A model generated the notes under the pieces. The model did not search any database. It saw only the letters and a program-made list of their open reading frames with translations, and was not told where the DNA came from. 50,899 nucleotides of DNA from a virus (Duplodnaviria; Caudoviricetes): positions 1 to 50,899 of the IMG/VR virus record IMGVR_UViG_3300021440_000032. One strand, given 5' to 3'. Within the stretch, counting starts at the first letter, position 1, and the number at the start of each line of letters is the position of its first letter. This document shows, piece after piece, positions 45,823 to 50,899 of this stretch. Position numbers and translations under genes: made by a program.

Positions 45823-46291
45823 GTTTAGACAGAGTAAAACTCCCCATGAATATTTCTATCAACGAGTAGAACTCGACCTAGAAGATGTTCAGAACTGCTG
45901 GAGTTTTAAAACAGCAGGAGACAAGAACGGTTACCCTCAGATTGGAAGTTCTATTGCATATAGAGAACTAGGTGTAACTAGAGCACATCAACTATCTTTC
46001 ATTCTGCACTGTGGAGAAATCCCTAATGGAATGTTAGTATGTCATACTTGTGATAATCCTGGTTGTGTAAATCCTTCTCATCTATTCTTAGGAACACCTA
46101 ATGATAATGTTCAAGATATGATGCTAAAAGGACGATATATTCATCCTACTAGTAGAGGACACTACTTAAAAATAAGTCCAGCAATGAAAGAAGAGATTCT
46201 ATCTTTAAAAGATAAGCATACTAGTTTTGAAGTAGCTAAAATGTATAACATATCTTTCAGTAGAGTGTGCCAAATTTGGAGGGGAGAATGA
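45758..46291 (+). CDS. HNH homing endonuclease
   Basis: CWSF..GYPQI..RAHQLS..VCHTCDNPGCVNPSHLFLGTPNDN; C-terminal HTH. Confidence 0.9.
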   Translation: MTPASAKAKRKLTGKFIRSLNKFRQSKTPHEYFYQRVELDLEDVQNCWSFKTAGDKNGYPQIGSSIAYRELGVTRAHQLSFILHCGEIPNGMLVCHTCDNPGCVNPSHLFLGTPNDNVQDMMLKGRYIHPTSRGHYLKISPAMKEEILSLKDKHTSFEVAKMYNISFSRVCQIWRGE

Positions 46292-46656
46292 CACCACAAT
46301 CATGTAAGGCCAAAGGAAGAGTTCTTCAGAAGATGGTCAGGGATTTGATCCTGATGATGTTCCCTGGTCTTGAACCAGATGATGTAAAAAGCACCTCAAT
46401 GGGTGCATCGGGTGAGGACGTGCAGCTCAGTCCAGCAGCGCGGAAGATTCTCCCATATCAAATAGAGTGTAAGAACAAAGCTAAACACGCTATCTACACT
46501 CACTATGAGCAAGCTAAGACTCATGGTAAATACGAACCTTTACTTATCGTAAAACAGGATCGTAAAGAACCTCTAGCTGTGGTAAGCCTAGAGCATTTCA
46601 TCAAACTAATTCAGGAGAAAAATAATAATGCGAATTCAAGTAACAACACGAAATGA
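46288..46656 (+). CDS. Holliday junction resolvase-like PD-(D/E)XK nuclease
   Basis: KAKGRVLQ, SMGASGEDV, IECKN; ATGA overlap with the HNH stop. Confidence 0.8.
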   Translation: MTPQSCKAKGRVLQKMVRDLILMMFPGLEPDDVKSTSMGASGEDVQLSPAARKILPYQIECKNKAKHAIYTHYEQAKTHGKYEPLLIVKQDRKEPLAVVSLEHFIKLIQEKNNNANSSNNTK

Positions 46657-46831
46657 AGATGGTTCGGTTGCCTTCACAGGGCAACTAAATGCAGCAGAAG
46701 TTTCCTCACTACTACAGTATAGTGTAAACAATCTCATGGCTCTAGGGTTTGTATTTGACATGCAAGATATCCCAGAGGATGATGACGTAACTAATCGAAT
46801 TAAAGCACCCACAGGAGCTAAGTATAATTGA
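46628..46831 (+). CDS. Hypothetical protein
   Basis: AGGAG RBS. Confidence 0.6.
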   Translation: MRIQVTTRNEDGSVAFTGQLNAAEVSSLLQYSVNNLMALGFVFDMQDIPEDDDVTNRIKAPTGAKYN

Positions 46832-47589
46832 GACACTTAATAATTCCTGATTGTCAGGTAAGACCTGGTGATGATACCAAGTATCTTGAAAGGATCGGTA
46901 AGTACATTGTCGAACTTAAACCAGATGTTGTTGTCCAGATTGGGGATTTTGCGGATATGCCAAGTCTTTCATCTTATGATGTTGGTAAGAAGTCATTTGA
47001 AGGACGTAGGTATAAAGCTGACATTGAAGCAGCTAATACAGCTATGGAACGTCTGCTCTCTCCTATTACAGAGTTCAACAAACGAGCTATCAAAAATAAA
47101 GAGAAACAGTACAAACCAAGACGTGTACTCACGTTGGGTAACCACGAAGACAGAATCTCAAGAGCTGTAAATAATGATCCAAAGTTGGATGGAACGATTG
47201 GTTTACAAGATCTTAAGTATTCCGATTTTGGATGGGATGTTATACCTTTTCTTCAACCTGTTGTTCTTGATGATGTCGCCTATTGTCACTATTTTACTAC
47301 TGGTATAGCAGGAAGACCATCGACTAGTGCTCAAGCACAACTAGCTAAACAGCATATGAGTTGTATCGCTGGTCATCAGCAAGGTTTACAGATTGCAACA
47401 GGACATAGAGCTGACGGATCTAGGCTCACGAGTATTATCGCTGGTTCATGTTATGAACATGACGAGGATTACCTTGGCCCGCAAGGAAATAAGCATTGGA
47501 GAGGAATACTTGTACTACATGAGGTTGTTAATGGACAGTTTGACCTTATGCCAATATCCCTCAATTACTTGGAAAGAAAGTATGGTTGA
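46828..47589 (+). CDS. Calcineurin-like metallophosphoesterase
   Basis: IPDCQ, IGDFAD, LGNHEDR, CH, GHQQ. Confidence 0.9.
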   Translation: MRHLIIPDCQVRPGDDTKYLERIGKYIVELKPDVVVQIGDFADMPSLSSYDVGKKSFEGRRYKADIEAANTAMERLLSPITEFNKRAIKNKEKQYKPRRVLTLGNHEDRISRAVNNDPKLDGTIGLQDLKYSDFGWDVIPFLQPVVLDDVAYCHYFTTGIAGRPSTSAQAQLAKQHMSCIAGHQQGLQIATGHRADGSRLTSIIAGSCYEHDEDYLGPQGNKHWRGILVLHEVVNGQFDLMPISLNYLERKYG

Positions 47590-47962
47590 AACAAATCTAA
47601 CAGATAATATCTTTAAATTAACAGCACCATATAATAATCCATACCAAGGAACTGATAAAAGGTTGCTCTTTGTTTGTAGTGCTGGTTTACTCAGATCGGC
47701 TACCGCTGCTAATCTATTTGCTAAGAAAGGGTACAACACAAGAAGTTGTGGCTCTACCAGTTATGCCCTTATTCCTTTTTCGGAGAATCTAAAGCAATGG
47801 GCAGATAAAATCTTCTTTGTAAATGAAGAGAACTACTTAGATGTTATTCGTAGGGGATTTGATCTAGAAACTGAGACAATTCAAGTTCTAAATATTCCTG
47901 ATAATTTTGAGTATAATAATCCAGAGTTGATCACTATCCTAGAAAGGGAAGTAAATGTCTGA
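47582..47962 (+). CDS. Low-molecular-weight protein-tyrosine-phosphatase-like protein; start reassigned
   Basis: LFVCSAGLLRS (CX5R), WAD, LNIPD. Confidence 0.85.
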   Translation: MVETNLTDNIFKLTAPYNNPYQGTDKRLLFVCSAGLLRSATAANLFAKKGYNTRSCGSTSYALIPFSENLKQWADKIFFVNEENYLDVIRRGFDLETETIQVLNIPDNFEYNNPELITILEREVNV

Positions 47963-48266
47963 GGGAACTAAGTATGATAAAGATAAACCTCGCATGGATC
48001 TTCTGGACACAGATGCATTGGTTGGTCTTGCAGAAGTCCTAACATTTGGAGCTAATAAATATGCTGCTCATAATTGGCGTAAAGGTATTGTTAACTCTAG
48101 GCATGTTGCTGCTCTTATGCGCCATCTTGGAGCTATTAATAAGGGTGAGCTTCTCGACCCCGAATCTGGGTTACCTCATATTGATCATGTTGGTTGTTGC
48201 TGGATGTTTCTTTCAAACAATCTAAAGAATCGTCCTGATCTGGATGATTTATGGAAACAGCAATGA
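47955..48266 (+). CDS. dATP/dGTP diphosphohydrolase-like (DUF5664-type) protein
   Basis: GTKYDKDKPRMDLL..FGANKY..NWRKG..RH..DPESGLPH. Confidence 0.85.
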   Translation: MSEGTKYDKDKPRMDLLDTDALVGLAEVLTFGANKYAAHNWRKGIVNSRHVAALMRHLGAINKGELLDPESGLPHIDHVGCCWMFLSNNLKNRPDLDDLWKQQ

Positions 48267-48832
48267 GATACGAACAACCATATATTGAAACTAGCTCTGG
48301 GAAGAAAGTTCACTTTCTGGAGCCGGACCCAGATTCAATAGATATTGAGGATATTGCTTATGCACTCTCACATATTCCCCGCTTTAATGGACATACTTCT
48401 AAATTTGTATCTGTGGCTGAACACTGCTGGAGCGGGGCACGGTATATTCAATCTGATCTAAAACTTCAGATGCTACTACATGATGCAGCGGAAGCTTATC
48501 TATGTGATATACCAAAGCCTCTGAAGGAGTTCCTTCCTGACTATAGGAAGATTGAAGATAACATGATGGCAACCATTTCCAAGAAGTTTGGATTTGATTT
48601 CCCATTGTCACCAGTGGTAAAACACTATGATATAGCCCTTCTAAGTAATGATGCCCATTGGTTGCTACCTAGCAGGGGTAATGACTGGAGTCTATGGAAG
48701 ACAGTAAAGCGACCTACAATTTGTCCTGAGTTCAAACCGTTGTGTCTGGATTCAGGTACAGCTAGAAGGGTATTTTTGGATTTATATTATGACTTATGCG
48801 GAACTAAAGCCCCTTCTAGAAAAGCTGCGTGA
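48251..48832 (+). CDS. HD-domain deoxynucleotidase (YfbR-like)
   Basis: DIEDIAYALS..RFNGH..SVAEH..LLHDAAEAYLCD. Confidence 0.9.
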   Translation: METAMRYEQPYIETSSGKKVHFLEPDPDSIDIEDIAYALSHIPRFNGHTSKFVSVAEHCWSGARYIQSDLKLQMLLHDAAEAYLCDIPKPLKEFLPDYRKIEDNMMATISKKFGFDFPLSPVVKHYDIALLSNDAHWLLPSRGNDWSLWKTVKRPTICPEFKPLCLDSGTARRVFLDLYYDLCGTKAPSRKAA

Positions 48833-48953
48833 ACTAGATGAGATTGCTCTAATTGAACTGTTAGAGCTTACTTCAGAAGATATCGTTGATGCCTGTATTG
48901 ACCTTATTATTGAGAAACAAGAAAAACTAATTGAATATGTCAAAGACGAGTAA
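48789..48953 (+). CDS. 54-aa acidic helical protein (not in ORF track)
   Basis: LRELDEIALIELLELTSEDIVDA; fills gap. Confidence 0.6.
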   Translation: MTYAELKPLLEKLRELDEIALIELLELTSEDIVDACIDLIIEKQEKLIEYVKDE

Positions 48954-49116
48954 GACAGAATTCCGTAATAAAGAGAATGATCTACGGAAGGGTAAGATTG
49001 CTTACCAAGAACGTTTGGTAGATGAACAGATCGCAGAAGAAGAGATCAAGAACTATGTGGCTGAGTCTACTGATTATGAAGATATCTTTGAAGATGTAAA
49101 GAATAAACTACGATAA
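48937..49116 (+). CDS. Hypothetical protein
   Basis: Packing before RNR. Confidence 0.55.
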   Translation: MSKTSKTEFRNKENDLRKGKIAYQERLVDEQIAEEEIKNYVAESTDYEDIFEDVKNKLR

Positions 49117-49117
49117 G

Positions 49118-50899
49118 ATGACAATAAAAAATAAAACCCAATCACTACGCAGTCAGTTAATTACTCGACGTACCTATAATAGAACTACTGATGAGTCTGG
49201 TAAAAACTTTGAAACCTTTGAGGAGACAGTTAATCGTGTAATTGGACACCAACAGTGGCTTTGGACACGAGCAGCGGGGCCCCTAGATAACTCCAAGATG
49301 GAGGAACTACTAGAGCTTCGTAAGCTGATGCTGGACCGTAAGGTCCTAATGTCTGGTAGAACTCTATGGCTAGGTGGTACAGAGATTGCTAAACGACGTG
49401 AGGCATCACAGTTCAACTGTAGCTTCACAACAGTGGAAACCATTCATGACCTAGTAGACGTTCTATGGCTACTGATGCAGGGTTGTGGTGTTGGTTTCCG
49501 ACCAATCATTGGCCAACTCACTGGATTCCAGAAACCAATTAAAGAAGTAGAGATTGTTAGATCCACAAGGACAACTAAAGGTGGTAAACAAGAAAACTCA
49601 GAATCATTCGACCTCGATACCAAAACCTGGACAATCAAAATCGGAGACTCAGCAGAAGCCTGGGCAAAGAGTATTGGTAAGCTGGCCGCTCATAAGTTTC
49701 CCGCCGATAAACTTGTGGTCAGTCTGGCCGAGATTAGACCAGCGGGAGAGAGGCTCAAAGGATACGGATGGATAAGTTCTGGTGATGCGGCTATTGCAAC
49801 GGCGTACAAAGCGATCATTGAGATCTTTAATAAGCGTGCCGGGTCTCTACTTACTCGTATTGACATCCTCGATGTGGTTAATTGGTTGGGAACTATCCTC
49901 TCTTCTAGACGATCTGCTGAGATTGCTCTTTTTGAAGTAGGTGAGGATGAATGGCAGGAATTTGCAGTAGCTAAACGTAACTGGTGGGAAGGTAATATTC
50001 AACGTGCCCAAAGCAACAATTCGCTTCTCTTTACGAAGAAGCCAGAGAAAAAGGAACTTGAAGAAATCTTTAAACTCATGGTGGAAGCTGGTGGAAGTGA
50101 ACCAGGGTTCATCAACGGTGTGGCAGCTACAAAGCGAGCGCCCTGGTTCAAAGGTGTTAACCCCTGTGCCGAGATACTCCTTGGGAACAAATCCTTTTGT
50201 AACCTTACGGAAGTAGACGTAGCTAAATTTAGAGGAGATTCTAATGGACTCAGACGAGCGATCCATCTGGCGGCTAGAGCTAATTACCGACAAACGTGCG
50301 TTAATCTCCGCGATGGAATTCTGCAAGAGGCATGGCATCTTAACAATGAATTCCTCAGACTCTGTGGAGTGGGTCTCACGGGTATCGTCCGACGGCCCGA
50401 CCTATCAAGCTATGATTATGCTGAACTGCAACGAACAGCAACATCAGGCGCTTATGGAATGGCTGATGAACTCGGTCTACCAAGACCGAAGAATGTTACG
50501 ACCATCAAACCCTCCGGTACACTATCAAAGGTCATGGACACTACAGAGGGAGTCCACAAGCCATTGGGCAAGTATATCTTTAACAATGTTAACTTCGGAA
50601 AACATGATCCTCTTGTCCCCTTATGTAGAGCAGCAGGATATAAGGTTATCGAGAATCCCTCAGATCCTGAAGCGGTTCTTATTACCTTCCCGGTGAAGTG
50701 GGATGACGTTCCGTTTGACCACGTAGAAAAAGACGGGAAACTACTAGAGGTTAATCTAGAGTCTGCCGTCTCTCAGTTGGAACGATATAAGATGTTGATG
50801 ACTAACTGGTGTCAACAGAATGTGTCTGCTACTATTAGCTACTCTGTAGATGAGGTACCTGCTATTATTGACTGGTTGCTAGAAAACTGGGATAATTAT
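49118..50899 (+). CDS. nrdJ: Class II (B12-dependent, monomeric-type) ribonucleotide reductase, about 661 aa including 37-363
   Basis: RRTYNR, GRTLWLGG, QFNCS, RRSAEI, NPCAE active site, TIKPSGT; no beta subunit gene recognised. Confidence 0.92.
   Translation, partial: MTIKNKTQSLRSQLITRRTYNRTTDESGKNFETFEETVNRVIGHQQWLWTRAAGPLDNSKMEELLELRKLMLDRKVLMSGRTLWLGGTEIAKRREASQFNCSFTTVETIHDLVDVLWLLMQGCGVGFRPIIGQLTGFQKPIKEVEIVRSTRTTKGGKQENSESFDLDTKTWTIKIGDSAEAWAKSIGKLAAHKFPADKLVVSLAEIRPAGERLKGYGWISSGDAAIATAYKAIIEIFNKRAGSLLTRIDILDVVNWLGTILSSRRSAEIALFEVGEDEWQEFAVAKRNWWEGNIQRAQSNNSLLFTKKPEKKELEEIFKLMVEAGGSEPGFINGVAATKRAPWFKGVNPCAEILLGNKSFCNLTEVDVAKFRGDSNGLRRAIHLAARANYRQTCVNLRDGILQEAWHLNNEFLRLCGVGLTGIVRRPDLSSYDYAELQRTATSGAYGMADELGLPRPKNVTTIKPSGTLSKVMDTTEGVHKPLGKYIFNNVNFGKHDPLVPLCRAAGYKVIENPSDPEAVLITFPVKWDDVPFDHVEKDGKLLEVNLESAVSQLERYKMLMTNWCQQNVSATISYSVDEVPAIIDWLLENWDNY

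Noticed and set aside
47955-48832. 2-aminoadenine (Z) genome pathway suggested by HD and dATP/dGTP diphosphohydrolase-like genes
   Set aside because: No PurZ/adenylosuccinate-synthetase-like ORF recognised anywhere in this complete genome
49174-50696. Several short ORFs listed in the track
   Set aside because: All overlap the RNR frame starting at 49118, which the track missed because it runs off the window end

Overview
The window is an essentially complete, circularly permuted ~50.74 kb dsDNA podovirus-type phage genome. Positions 33-159 repeat exactly as 50773-50899 (127 bp, a typical assembler overlap), and nt 1-34 are an inverted copy of 78-111. There are two divergent arms. The minus-strand late arm (23.7 kb to 1.3 kb) encodes TerS, HNH, tRNA-Gly, TerL, portal, GroES, scaffold, major capsid, SGNH-esterase and beta-helix receptor-binding proteins, holin, adaptor/nozzle, three ejection proteins and a GH24 lysozyme. 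The plus-strand early/middle arm (24.8 kb, wrapping to 1.35 kb) has sigma70-like promoters, small early genes, two tRNAs, a five-enzyme amidoligase/glutamine-amidotransferase/ATP-grasp cluster of the phiEco32/PaP3 type, primase, ThyX, helicase, a split family A DNA polymerase, SSB, exonuclease, resolvase, nucleotide-metabolism enzymes, class II RNR and an HslV-like protease. I recognised no RNA polymerase or integrase, so a lytic phage of a Gram-negative host using host RNAP is inferred. The most notable unexplained signals are: (1) an Sm-fold-like gene coupled to a (NGG-TCT)24 repeat encoding an RS/GS/WS peptide; (2) seven perfect TTACA-N4-TGTAA palindromes clustered in the early region; (3) a boxB/boxA-type leader and hairpin-dense non-coding RNA candidates; (4) a 38-aa first early peptide ending in the same DDVPY tail as the SSB; (5) three or four homing endonucleases that duplicated and recoded the ends of their target genes; (6) a probable AUC-initiated gene after the portal; (7) the uncharacterised amidoligase cluster. 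All family assignments come from motif recognition by eye, with no database searches.
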